In this document: positions 12,864 to 25,639 of the stretch, piece by piece
How the letters are laid out: each line of letters begins with the position of its first letter
Numbering within the stretch: position 1 is the stretch's first letter
Source of the DNA: Lama guanicoe
Lineage: Eukaryota
Reading direction: 5' to 3'
Assembly: GCA_013239625.1 (NCBI GenBank)
Contig: MU053652.1
Location: forward strand, 1,428,001 to 1,492,000
DNA: 64,000 nt
Position numbers and translations under genes: made by a program
The notes under the pieces: model-generated
Databases searched by the model: none
Told to the model about the DNA's origin: nothing
The model's input: the letters and a program-made list of their open reading frames with translations, nothing else

Positions 12864-14988
12864 CCTGGCATTTCTCCTCCAGCCCCAGCTCCCCAGTAAG
12901 TACCTGTGATGCTCCCAGCCTCCCAGCTCTACCTGCCAGAGAGCTGCCTTTCTGCCTCTGCCCACTCCTCCTGTGAGTGTCCTGGACTCCACACTCCTCC
13001 CCTCAGCTTTGGCCAGCTTTTCTTCTAGTATGGACCTGTTGATGTTGATCAGCTGTGTGGTGCTCCGCCCTGCTCAGCTGACCCAGATCACCACCTGTAA
13101 AACCATAGTAGGCAACATTTGTAGAGCCTCGTGTCAGCCCTGATAGATCTTTATGTTCTCAAAATTCCTATGAATGCCATGTGGGAGAATGCCGACAGAC
13201 ATAGGAATAGCTCTGAAAAAAAGGGGTTTTTGCCTGCATCATGGTAGAACCAAGGTCTTTGCTAGAAGAGCTGGCATGCTGTGCTTTGGCTGATCTAAGG
13301 GATCCAGATCGCACAACGTTTTCCAACAGCACATCGCCATCTCATTTGCTGTAGATTATCGCCACATCCACACTTGTGCCTCTTAAGTCTCAAGGAAGGG
13401 GCTTTACCCTGTTTGTTAACAGGCACTGTTTCCCAGCACGCCTCGCTTGGTGATCGCTTGCCTGGGTTTCTAACCTCTCCCTCCACAGGTTGTTTGCTTT
13501 TCCTCTTAGAGCTGGTGCTCCCTGTGCCTCCCAAATGCACATCATCGGTTAATTTCATCACACGCTTTGCCCCGCTTCTCCCGGCTCACTGATAGGCACG
13601 AAAATGTAAGATACTGTCCAGCTTGGCAGGAGAGAGCTGAGCTCCCATGAGTGCTGAGGGGAGCTGCCCCCACCTCCCGCCAGGAGCTGCAGGCCTTTCC
13701 TGAGATGGAGATGACATCTATCTAGAAGAAGAATCTCAGGGACTCTGGTTGGGAGATGATAGTCAACAGTGGATGATGAGAGAGGACTCCTGAACGCCCA
13801 GGGTCCTGGTTCTTCCTCTTGAGCCAAGCTTTCCCCAGGCCTGAGCTGGGGCCTCAGAGGCATCATAACACCCCCTGCTCCTGTGGGTGAGGGAAGAGGC
13901 CACATGTCCTGACTGTCTTCTTGACCCAGAGGCTCTACCCAGCTAAGAGCTTTTTTGACCCATTATGTCTTCATCATTCCCACTTTGTGAGCTCAGTCCT
14001 GCTCTTTGTCCCCTCGGGCTCCTTGGTCTCTGCCATCCTTCCAGGATCTCTAGTCTGCACAGAGGTCAGACCTGGGGCCTCAGGACTTCTTCATCCAGAA
14101 ACCTGCATCTCTAAGACCTGCCTTTCCATACCTGCACATAACTCTGCCTGGGGTTTTGAAAACCTTGTATTCTGTCTGTCCCCGGTGGACCCCATTTGAC
14201 ATCAACGTTCCCCTCTCTGTCTCCTCCATCCCCCACTGTCAACTCTTTTTCCTAAATCTTTAGCTGTTGGATGACAGGTTATTTTAAATTATTTGTTTTG
14301 AATTAGGTTATAAATTATACCTATTTGTAAACTGGGAAAGTACAGAAAATATGAGATAATAAAAACAAAAGCAATTGATGTTTTGTTTACTGATCCTAGA
14401 CGTGAAAGTACACTTGCACATGAACAATGACACGAGTTAATATTTTAAGGAGACTTAGCTGAAGTATTTTTAGTGACAAGTTTTAAGAAAGGATTTAACT
14501 GTGCTTATTTGACAGTGATTGTGCTTTTAATTCCTTTCAATTCAATAACCCTTTAGGTCTGGCCTAGTGAGCAAAATGTTCACTGTTCTCCTAGCCACTG
14601 ACTTTTCTACATCCTGCACCACTTTCTCTAGAGAGCAAGATGCTGCTAGGAAAATGAGTTGTGTTGTCAAATGCTGAATTAAATGTACGCCACCTTCTTT
14701 ATTACAGACCTTTTCAGAGCCTTTAATTGCCAACATAATTTCCTAGGAAGGAAAGACTGTCTCTAACATTACCCAAAGTTGACTGTAGAACAGCCCCATA
14801 CTTTGGAAAAAAAAAGAAGAAGAGGGGGGATGTTTTAACATCTTGCTAGGAATCAGAGTTCCCTGGAGACCCATTTTGGAAGCACCACTTAATGTCAAGC
14901 CATCCAAGTCTTCACCTGGCTCACTTCACACCCAGAAGCCAGCAGCACAGGGTTCCAAGGCATGGGCTGAGTTGAGAAGTAGCTTGTA

Positions 14989-15127
14989 AGGGGGTAGAGT
15001 ATAGCTCAAGTGGTAGAGTGCATGCTTAGCATGCGTGAGGTCCTGGGTTCAATCCCCTGTACCTCCTCCAAAAATAAATAAATAAACCAAATTACCTCTA
15101 CCCAAAAAATAAATAAAATTTTTAAAA
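14989..15127 (+). mobile_element. tRNA-Ala-derived SINE (camelid Vic-1-like)
   Basis: tRNA-like head with A box (tagctcaagtgg), AGC anticodon arm (gcatgcttagcatgc) and B box (ggttcaatcc); A-rich tail; perfect 14-bp TSD agaagtagcttgta at 14975-14988 and 15128-15141. Confidence 0.92.
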
Positions 15128-15993
15128 AGAAGTAGCTTGTAGCTAATACTGATGAAGCAAACCTAGGGTGAAATAGAACACAGGTATCCTTGTCTTGGTG
15201 TTGCTGCTCGAAAACTATGTGAGGCTGAGGCTGTCTCCTTGCCTACAAACTGGGGGGTGAGATCTCCCTCCTGCCCAGGGTTGTTGTAAAGGAAAGATGA
15301 CATTGTTTAGGAAAGTGCTTAGTTAAATGTAAAATGCTTTAGACAAGTAATTTTAAGTGTTTATTAGTGTAGGAACAAAGCCAACAATTGTAACCTTGTT
15401 CATGTTGTGTTTTATCAGCTTGTCTCATGCCTCGTGCTCCAGAACCCGCAGGCCTCTCTCAGCTGGCGGACAGCACCCTCACGGGGCAGGACCTCCTGGA
15501 GAGAAGCACAGAGGCACCTGCTCTGTTGTGCCCAGCCCCTCCCTGGCCCCGCGGGGACCCCTCCATTCGTGCTCCAAGTCTAGCTGCGCGAGGACTGCGC
15601 TCTGTTGGTTCTGGAGGGTAAGAAGCAGCCGGGCACCAGGCAGCCGTTGCTTCCCTCTCCACCCCCAGCCCGTCAGCAGGTCTTCACTGAGCCCTGGAGG
15701 AACAGGGCACAGCAGCGAACACCCAGAGCCAAAAACTGTCAGCGCATCCCCGCCACAGGGCCTCTCTCCACGTGGCGGGACCAGGCACGAGCCACCAACT
15801 TCAGAGCCTCTATTTCTTCATCTGGTAAAATGACAGTGTCAACCTCATGAGAGTTTTGCAAACAGGAAAGACAAAGGATGTCACACCCCAGCTGTTGGGG
15901 GCTTGCATTTTAGTGTGGGAGACAATATACTAAGTAAGATCAAGTGACTTCCTTGCGATGAAGTGGCTGCCTCAGCTGGCCATGGTGGGATGG

Positions 15994-16323
15994 TGTCTCA
16001 GCTCGGGTGGCCCAAACGAAATAGCACAGACTGGGGGCCTTAAACGCAGACATTTATTTTCTCAGGGATCTGGAGGCTGGAAGCTGGAGATCCGGGCACT
16101 AGCGTGGTCGGGTTCTCCTCGCTGTGTCCTCACATGGCCTTTCCTGGGTGCACACACGTGTGGAGAGAGCTCGCTGCTGTCTCCTCCTTCAAGACCAGCG
16201 ATCCTATCAGGTTAGAACCCTACCCCTGTGACCTCATTTACCTTTAATTACCTCCAAATACAGCCACCTTGGGGTTAGGGCTTCAACATCTGAGTCTGGG
16301 AAAACATGATTCAGTCCATTGCA
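15994..16323 (-). mobile_element. MaLR solo LTR (MLT1B-like)
   Basis: tgtctcagct...catttattttctcagggatctggaggctggaag...attcagtccattgca; 5-bp TSD gatgg/aatgg. Confidence 0.85.
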
Positions 16324-16869
16324 AATGGTAATAGGGTCAGGGCTGTGCATTGTGTTCCCAGGGGATCAGCCAACTCCCCCTGGTTCTGGTTCTGGGCACA
16401 GGTAACATGCTGCCTGGGTCTGTTCATGGTGTGGGGCTGGGTGGGGTGGTGGATTCCCAGCAGACCACTGGAATGGCAAAATGTGAGGCCCCTAATTGGG
16501 GTCTAGTTTTAACCCTTCCTGTGACGGATGAGGAGATCACCACTGCCAGAAGTGAAGTGATACTACTCTCAAGGTCCCCCAGTCCAAATCCTTGACTCTC
16601 TCAGGGAGTCATGTTTCTAAAGTGTCATTCCTGGGGTAACCATGCCCATTGAAGCCACTTTGAACACTTCCGGGACTGTGTATTTCCTGCCTCCTGGGCA
16701 GGTGTTCCTAGCTGATCCTGCTTGATGTCAGGCCATCATCAGTAGATTTTTTTAGCAGCCCCATGATTAACTCTTGAGACAGAGAATCCAGAACCCCAAA
16801 TACTCCATTTCTTCTTAGCAATTTCTGGAGCCTCCAAAGAAACCCTAGGGCTCCTGTGACACAGCAGGA

Positions 16870-17005
16870 ATTCTCTTATTCTTGTGCTTATTCATCCTTA
16901 TCTGAGAGACAGTCAGGCCCAGAGGAAAAGGACTTGCCCAGTTACACAGGAGGGACAGGAAATTATCACCAAGGCTGGAGCAGAGCCAAGGTCTGCACTC
17001 ACAGC
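16870..17005 (-). mobile_element. MIR SINE fragment
   Basis: aggcccagaggaaaaggacttgcccagttacacag...ggagcagagccaaggtctg. Confidence 0.6.
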
Positions 17006-19699
17006 TCTGAGTTTCCTTCAGTCTAGAACACTCCCAGCTCAACCCAGCGTCAGAATCGCTTGGGTGTTTAAAATAGACGTTTTTCCAGGCACCGCTCCAA
17101 AGAATTCAAATTGGTACGTCGAGAGTGGGGCCCTGGTATGGGGATGTTTAGGAAACACCGAGTGACCTACGGGGCTGCGTTCGCGGTGAGCAGACACGCA
17201 CACTCAGGGTATGCGGTGGCTTTATCGCAGGCGGGCGTGGGAGTCCCTGAGGCTTTCGGGCCAAGCGGTCCTTGACCTTGCACGTCCCTGTAGCACCAAG
17301 AGCTCTGCTCTTGTCTCCACCAAAGAGCTAGAGGGTGATTCCTAGGGCAGTAGGGTGTGTCTGACTCCGCAGTGTCTCTTGGTAGACTCATCCAGGACGT
17401 TCTGAGCACATCCCCATAGGTGGAATGTGTACGTAAACAGGTGCAGACCAGCGAGCCCACTAATGATCACCATCTGGATGAACAGACGAGAATAAAAGAA
17501 CCCAAAAGTATGTGATGGAATTTTCCCCTTTGTTGTCTTGTGTTTGGTTTACATACAGACGTGATCCGACCACAAATATTATGGACAGAAAAGCCAACAC
17601 AGCAGGCTCCGCGGAGTGACTGCTGCTTTCAGGTAAGACATAAGAATAGCGCTTGCTGCGTCTGCAGGTGTGCCTGGCTCTTCTTGGCATGCGTCACCTC
17701 GCTCCTCCATAGGACATCTCTGGGGAGTTTGTTTACTACTATTTTAGAGAGAAGTAATCAGAGGGGAAGAGTTTTGGCAGCTCAAGGTCACAGAAAATCG
17801 GTGATGGAGTTGAGATGGAAATGTGGATGGTGTGTCTTAGCTACGACCAGGTCTAGCCTTGGTTCCTGGGCCTGGGAGGTGGAGCTGAGGAGGAGGACTG
17901 AGTTGATGGCCCCTGGAATAAAGGAAACAGGACTGGAACTCCAGTCAATGGCTTGTTCTTGTGATGATGATTAATAGGACCATTTGAAAGGCAATCATCT
18001 GTGTAAAGTAGCTTTCAATTCCACGCCACGTCCTCCTGACCCTGGATGTTAGTTGTTGCTACCTTCGTGGGGACGGTGAGGAGATGATGCTGGGCTCTGC
18101 TGTCAGGGCACCCCTGGGGACAGGTGTCTCTGATCATCTGGCCCCTGCAGTAGATGAGAGTTCAATCCTGGAGACCCGGTCTTCACAGATTGTCATGGTT
18201 GACATTTTGTTACTGGGGACTCTGCACCTGGCCTTCCCCTAGGTCCCTCACGTGCTCTCCCCACTCTAGAAGCTAGTGGAAGTGGCCTGACCTAGTCAGG
18301 AAGTGAGAACATGGCCGTCCTCTTTCCCTATAGCTTGGGAGTCAGAACCAGGGCTGAAGCAGCCCCCAGGGGTGCTGGCAATTCCATTTCGACCTGCTTA
18401 GTGCCATCGCACTCAGAGATGAAAAAGGCAAGGTTCCCGTCCTGCCCCAAACTTCTAGGATAATGCCAGGCAGAGGGACAGAAGGGTTGGTTCTGCTGAA
18501 GCGGGGTTCCGTGGGAACACAGACGGAGAGCAAACCCAGTTTGCCGCAGAGGGACGCAGCTCAGGTGAGGCAGGGGGAAGCTGGCCTCTCCAGGCTTCTA
18601 GCATCAGATTCTGCTGTCTGAAACACGCAATCCAAGGCTGCTCATGGAATCTCTTTAGTGTATTTTATGTCTGCATGATTCTTGGAGGGTTGTTCAATGG
18701 CATAAAGATACTGTAGTGGTCAGCTTCTTTGAGTCTCTGCTTCTGTGGGCAGGGTTGCTCTGGGCTAAGAAAACTACTTACGAAAGTGAAAACATCTCTT
18801 CTGCCTCTGCTCTTTTGAATGAAGGCATTAGGGCCCTTGTTAAAGGGAAAACGTTACTGGACGATGTTACCGGTTGTAATACCTTAGCTCCGTTTGGCAA
18901 AGCAGATTGGCTACTTCCCTCCCAGGGCCTAGGAGGGCGGGACTGTGGGCAGGTGCCGTTTTAGTTAGCTGTGAGATGGAGTGAGGGAACCAGGAAAGTG
19001 CCCATTCCTGAGGTAGAATGGAAGTTTGCTTGAGGACACTGGGCAGATGCCTAGCTGGGGCTGCAGGAGCCCACACACCTTGCCAGTGATGCCCAGCACC
19101 CGCCCTCGGGTGTACCTGTTGGAATAAGGTGCACCACCCCTGCATCCTGTCGGGCAGAAGCCCCACATGTCGGTCACCCCCACCTCCCTCACGTCCTCCC
19201 TCGCCACTCCTGGCTCAGCCAGCCGCCAGCTCTGGCTTTTCCCTGTGACTAAAGTCCTCCTCCCTGTAGCCGTGTTCTTCTTGATCTGGATTCTCTACCT
19301 GACATGGGGAATGGGTGCCTGGGGTCTTCATTTGTAAAACTTGAGCATTTTCACCGCTTAATGTCAGTAATCTGTAGATTTTACAAATTGGTGAATTCCT
19401 TCAATGTAAGCAATGTGGAAAGCTAGGCAGTTGAAAGAAGAGGCATTTTTAAATGAGTGAAGATACTGTTGTCTGTTGAGCTGGGGCTGTAAATAGACAG
19501 AAAGGAATGAATTGGCTACTCCACAGGGGCAGGAGGGATTCAGGACTAACACCCGAATCACGCCTAACCCCCATATGAATGTCCAGTGAAGAAGGCTGGG
19601 GACAAGCCACAGCTCTCCCTGGTGGACTCCACCTTGACTTGCCATCTCGTTAAATGTCAACAGTAGGGACAGTGAGCGTGAAGTCATCCCCAGTTCCTC

Positions 19700-20165
19700 T
19701 CCTGGTCCCTGTCACACTTGGTAAGAATGTCTTTCCTTTACCTGGGGACCTTGAGCCACATGGGACAATGTGGTTTCTGATGGGAGCTTTGGGCCAGATG
19801 GTATTCACTCTACCTCCAGAGGGGTCAGCCATGGTGGCAGTGAACCATGGAGCCCAAGTGGAGGCTCTGCACACCAAGGCTCAGGGGAGAGTCTCTGGTT
19901 AGCAGTGCTCTGTGCATACATCATGCATCATTGCTGGGAGGAGTTAACGCTGTTCATGATTCCTGAAAGCTCTACATGTGGAAATTTCCTGGACTCTGCC
20001 CCCTGCACCTTTTCCCTTGATGGATGTTAACCTGTGTTCTTCAGCTGTAATAAACCATAACTGTGAGTATAACAGCTCACTATGAGTTCCCTGAGTCCTC
20101 CTAGTAAATGATTGAATCTCAGGGTGGTCTAGGGACCCCCTTACCTCCAGACCTTGCAGTTGGTC
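19700..20165 (+). mobile_element. ERVL-class LTR (MER21C/MER68/MER77 group)
   Basis: ctctgcacaccaaggctcagg...ctgtaataaaccataactgtgagtataacagct...gagtcctcctagtaaatgattgaatctcagggtggtct matches the recalled 3' half of this LTR group. Confidence 0.75.
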
Positions 20166-20804
20166 ATTATGCAGTAGAATAGAATCCTTTATGTTCTACG
20201 AGTCTTTTTAATGCTGGCTATGTGACTAAGCTAACAGGTTGAACATAAACAAGAAAAAAATCAAGAAAAAAGTGCTGGAGATACAGGCTCTTAGAGGCAA
20301 ATGTCACAGCAGTGACACTGGGCTGTGGGCCCAGCTCACTGCACAGTGGGCTTCAAGTGTGGATACGAACTGAGATGGCTGAGCTCTCACTAAAATGCTT
20401 TCTGCTGCAGAATGAAGAGAAGTCCCAAGTAAATATCCAAGGTTAAAGTGTTATTATGGGCCCAGTGACTCTGCTACGTTCTTGCTGGAAAGCACCTCTG
20501 ATTTCTAGGGTTAAATAAATATCACATCTGGGTGTATTAGGGATGGAAAGGTGAGTGGGTAACAGGAAGGAGGGGAAGGAACAGATGATGAGTCAGAAGA
20601 AGATTTCAATCCTGGTATTGTTGTGGACTGGTCGTGACCTTGGGAGGTCATTGATACTGCTGGATCTTTGCCCCATTTGGCATCTTGCAGGAGACATTCA
20701 TATATTTGCTAGGATGACAGAGCTAGATTCATGGAAGGTAATGGAGGAGAATGAACAGAGAAGGGTACTTTCTCTGTCAGGGGCTGTGTGAGGGCTTGAC
20801 TTAC

Positions 20805-21330
20805 TATATTAATCGGGGATCTTCATAGAAAGAGAGCCAATAGTACAGACATACACCCCATATATCTGTATCTGTATCTTTATCTCTCTATATAGAGAGA
20901 GGGAGAGAGAGAGAGAGGGAGAGAGAGGGAGAGAGAGAGGGATTGATTTTAAGGAACTGGCTCATGTGATTGTGGGGGCTGGCAAGTCTGAAATCAGTAG
21001 TGCAGGCCAGCAGACTGGAAACTCAGGAAAGATTTGATGTTGCAGTCTTGAGTCTGAATTCTTCAGTAGGCTGGAAAACTCAGGCACATTTTCTCTGTTG
21101 TAGTCTTGAAGAGAATCTCTTCTTCAGAAAAATCTTAGTCTTTGCTCTTAAGGCCTTCAACTGATTGGATGAGGCCCACCCACAGATGGAGGGTAATCTG
21201 CTTTATTTAAAGTTGACTGAATTAAATATTCAATATCTTAAAAGCACCTCCACAGCAACATCTTGACTGATATTCACCCAGACACCTGGGCATCACAGCC
21301 TAGCCAAGTCAACACATAAAGCTAACCATT
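20805..21330. mobile_element. MLT2 (ERVL) solo LTR with GA-rich microsatellite (~20893-20940)
   Basis: gattgattttaaggaactggctcatgtgattgtgggggctggcaagtctgaaatc ... ccttcaactgattggatgaggcccaccca ... gccaagtcaacacataaagctaacca. Confidence 0.88.
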
Positions 21331-22210
21331 GTTTATTTTCATTTCATGCTCACAGCAGCAGTGCCAAGTAGTCAACAGTAGTAAAGAATAGTGCTGGGGC
21401 TGGGCCTAAGGTGTTTCTGGCTCCATTCTCACATGATACCACGTGTATCTTGTAGATAATCCCTAAGATCTTCCAACTGGGATATTTAAATTCTTTGTAA
21501 ATCAACCAACGGACTCCATTTTTCCACCTGTTACCACCCTCAAAAGCTGCTGGTGCTAAACCCCTCCACCCTCCCTCCCCACCTCCCCACCACACATACT
21601 TTTTTTTCTAACAGGGTAATGGTCTACTAGGAGCTTGGAAAGCTTATTAGTAGCCAAATATTTGTTCTTGTGTCCAGACTCTGATACTGAACCAGCTACC
21701 TCTTAACTTCTAAGTTTGAATCTCCACTGAATGGTTCAGGGTAGCCATCTGTTCATTCAAACAAATCTATTAAGTCCTTAAGATGTTCCAGGCATTATGA
21801 TAAGGACCAGGGATGGAATATGGCTAAGGCACAGACCTATTTGCATCACTCAGTCTAGCTGATCTTGAGAAGATGATCACAAGAAGAGCAAATGCTTGGA
21901 AAGTGCTTTTGATATGGTAAAAATGCTAGCTCTAAGTTGTTACATGCTCGTTGTAGCCACTGAATGTCCAAGTTTCCCATGATCCTATGAAAATGAATTG
22001 GCTTAATTGTCAGCAAGGTTGTGATTAAACATTGAATGCATTCTGATCATTTATTTGCCTAAAAGTTTAAGAAGTTTATCAATTCCTTAACTATGTGTAA
22101 AATCTCCAGAATCCCCAGAAGAAATGCTAATGAAAGATCTGAGCTGAAACTCGACAGTGAGCTTCACCAAAAGAAAATATGAGTGGAAATGAGGAGTGAT
22201 TTTTTTTAAT

Positions 22211-22759
22211 TAATTAATCTTTAAAAATTGAAGTATAGTCAGTTACAGTGTGTTGATTTCTGGTCAGCATACTGTCCCAGTCATACATATACATACATAT
22301 ATTCATTTTCATTAAAGATTGTTACAAGATACTGAATATAGTTCCCTGTGCTGTACAAAAGAAATTTTTTTATCTATTTTTATATATAGTAGTTAATGTT
22401 TGCAAATCTCAAACTCCTAAATTTGTTTTTTCCTACCCTCTTTCTCCTGGGGACCATAAGATTGCTTATTATGTATGCAAGTCTGTTTCTGTTTCATAAA
22501 TAAGTTCATTAGTGTCTTCTTTCTTTTTTTAGATCCTACGTACGAGTGATATTATATGGTATTTTTCTTTCTCTTTCTGGCTTATTTCACTTAGAATGAT
22601 GATCCCCAGGTCCATTCATGTTGCTGCAAATGGCATTGTTTTATTCTTTTCTATGGCTGTGTAGTATTCCATTGTATAAGTATACCACAACTTCTTTATC
22701 CAGTCATCTGTCAATGGACATTTAGGTTGCTTCCATGTCTTGGCTATTTTATATATGCC
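22211..22759 (-). mobile_element. 5'-truncated L1 3' end (cetartiodactyl/camelid type)
   Basis: ttgaagtatagtc...ctggcttatttcacttagaatg...atttaggttgcttccatgtcttggcta; 14-bp TSD tga(t/c)tttttttaat at 22197-22210 and 22760-22773. Confidence 0.9.
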
Positions 22760-24394
22760 TGACTTTTTTTAATGCCGGATGGTCATAGTTAAACTTCCGT
22801 TAGTGGAGAAGAACCCAGCAGAGGAAATATTACATCAGTGAAATTGAAATTCTTCTCATGCCTAAATGGCTCACATTCCATTTGGGAAAACGCCTTGTTC
22901 TAAGGACAATGAGTTAACTAGATAAGTTAGCCCATGTTTGGAAGAGGCACAGGGACTAACTTTTGTTGTCCATTTATTTGTGATGTCATAGATGAGTCAT
23001 TGTTCTCAGGGCTGCTACCTTTGGGCTCAAGATTCTAACTAGAACTATTTTAGAACTACCCTGTAATGTATAAATAAGTAAAATATATATTTTGCCAATG
23101 AAGAGCAGCATTATTCTTTCACCAGTGATTTTTAAAGATATTCTGATGGAGATCTTGTCAATTTATCAATCCATGTATATACTCTGAAGTAAAAGTGACT
23201 TGGAGTGGAGAAAGAAACCAAATGCACCCCCAGAAGCCTGAGTTTTTGTATATGAAACTCAAGGACAGTCTTGCTCAGGGGTCCTTTTGGTAACTATGTT
23301 AGAGTTTATACCCTGCTACTATCCAAAAAGCTAGTTGTTGTCTTCCCGCTAATTAAAGAATGTCTTTAACTGAGCCTTTTAAAAATTACTTAATAGTTAA
23401 GAACAAAATAAGCTATGATTTTAGTTCATATTCTGCCCACACTTCTCTCTGGGTCTCAGTTTTCTTAATCTGTAAAATGTGCAGGTTTTAAAAATATGGG
23501 TTTTATTGCTGCCTGTTCTTTCCAACTTCCTGAAATCAGAGCTTCCCCTCCTACCCAACCCTGGCCTGTACCATTCAGCTGTTCAGTGAGGGGAAATGGG
23601 GAAATCACAGTTGAAGGGTCATCTCCAGCTCTGCCTGGAACAGAAGCTGTGTTCCACCTCCACAGGCCCTGGCTATGGCTGGGCTGGCGTGGGCAGGGAA
23701 AAGACAGTATTCCTGGGGCCGGGTGAGGTCTAAGGTCTGGTTCCATCTCTCGAAAGTGTCTCTGGGATAAACATTTGGTGAGGAGGCAGGGGGTTGTGCG
23801 GAAAAGAGGTTGCCATGACAACCCTGAACTGTGTGTGCTCCAGACCTGTTGATTTCTCCCTCTCTGGCCTCTTGTGTTTTCCAACGGGAGGGGACAAATA
23901 TTAGGAGTAAGGTGGGTATATGAGCAAGTTCCCACAAATTATTCTTCAGCCCCTAGGCCAGACATGATTCACAGAGGAGGGGCCCAGCACCAATACACCA
24001 TGTAGTACTCGAAGCTTGCTGAGTCCCATCCCAGAACCAGCTTCCTTGTGCTGCTCAGTCTGTCTTCAGTACTCCCAAGTCCACCTGTTCTGGGGGGTCC
24101 AAACCCTAACCTTACAGCTCTCTCCCCTCCCTGAATTCCTTCAGCATGTATGTTGGTACTAATGTGTATCATGTATTTAAGCAAATCTTCTTAAGTTTTC
24201 TCAGCTATTAAAGCCTGCAAGTCAACAGAATAGTCAGCCTTAGTATAAGTTATTTCTACTCTTTCTATGATAAACCATGTTCATAACCACGCATCAGTAG
24301 CATAGGAAGAAATTGCTGGCAGAGCCAAAGATCTGTGCTCTGGTGTAAGGAATAAATAAGCAAAGAAAATCACCTGGAGAAGCCAGGTAGCTGA

Positions 24395-24495
24395 AGGAAA
24401 GGAGAGGGAAGGGGGAGGGAAGGAAGGAAGGGAGAGAATAGACAGGAAGGGAGAGAAGTGGGGAGAGGGGCACGTGAGAGAGAGAGTGAGTGAGT
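24395..24495. repeat. Polypurine (GA-rich) low-complexity tract
   Basis: ggagagggaagggggagggaaggaaggaagggagag... is almost exclusively G/A. Confidence 0.85.
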
Positions 24496-25639
24496 GTCAA
24501 GGGAAGAAGGATTCGATACTATTCTGGAAGAGAGGTGAGAAAATCAGAGGCAAGAACAGGTACAATTTAATTAGGGGAAGCGAGTGTAAACGGCATTCCT
24601 AGTTACATAAGGAACTGATCCTGGTTTCTGTTCCTGAGCGCCGGGGCCATCAGGGAGGGCGGCTGTGGAGGACCTGCCCCACGGACAGCAGTCAGGAAGA
24701 GCCGCTTCTGCGTTTCCACCCACGGCCTCTTCCGAGCCCCTGGGGTGCTGGCCCCAATGGCCAGAGGGACTCCTGATGGGGTCTTGGGGCCTCTGCTCCA
24801 GCCACCGCTGTTTTCCACTTGACTTTGAGGAAGTTAATGAACAAATGCTCAGAATGGCCTCAGCTGCTCCCTTCCTTCTCAGCCACGAGGCTGTCCACGC
24901 TGAAAAGCCTCCTGTTGCCTTGGCTGCTCCCCTGCCACTGAGCCGTCAGAGCAGGCAGCTGTCGGGCGGTGTATTTGTTACACATGTGAGCTCATTGGAG
25001 TCTGGTGTGCGTGGTACAACTTGCACTGTTCCCTCAGCTTTTTTCTCAGACTCTTTGGCTCAGAAGAAAGCTCTGGCAAGAACCTACGTGTATGATATGA
25101 AAACAAGATTCCTGGGATGCTATATATAGTTGTGCACAGGTGTTAAGATAAGACGTACATGTGTTACGAGTGTACAGTGTGGTCGTAAGACCCAGATGCA
25201 TTAATCTGTTTGTTCACCGCCACGTGCATCTGTTCACCAGTGACCCGGTGGTCCCTGCCTTGGTCCAGAGAATTACTTAGGACTGTTCGAGATGAACCAT
25301 ACTTGTCAACACGTTCTGAAAGGCAGTTCATAAAAAAGGAAAATGTCAAGTTGCTTCCAAATTGATCTAAGTAGGATTTTTCAAATGTCCCAATGAAAGT
25401 TATTTATATAAGACAGATTCTTTCATTTTAGACTCAAAAACCTTTAATGGCATCCCGTTGCCTGTGGTGAACAATCCAGATTCTGGCTGGTCACTCAAGA
25501 CAGTATTATGCATCTTTAGGACTACGACCTCCATTGCTTGTACCACAGAGCTTATTTTCTGGCCGTGTCCTTTTGGCTAGTAAAAATACAAATTTCTTGG
25601 ACAATGATATAATTTATGGATGATCCAAAGCTAGAAGGG

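Noticed and set aside
14994..15067. Functional tRNA-Ala(AGC) gene
   Set aside because: The acceptor and T stems are mispaired, and the A-rich tail plus TSD show that it is a SINE. The same applies to the copy at 28518-28623.
15357..15850. Overlapping ORFs (158 aa and shorter) in a GC-rich stretch
   Set aside because: Low-complexity Pro/Ser/Arg/Gly content in several frames and no recognisable homology.
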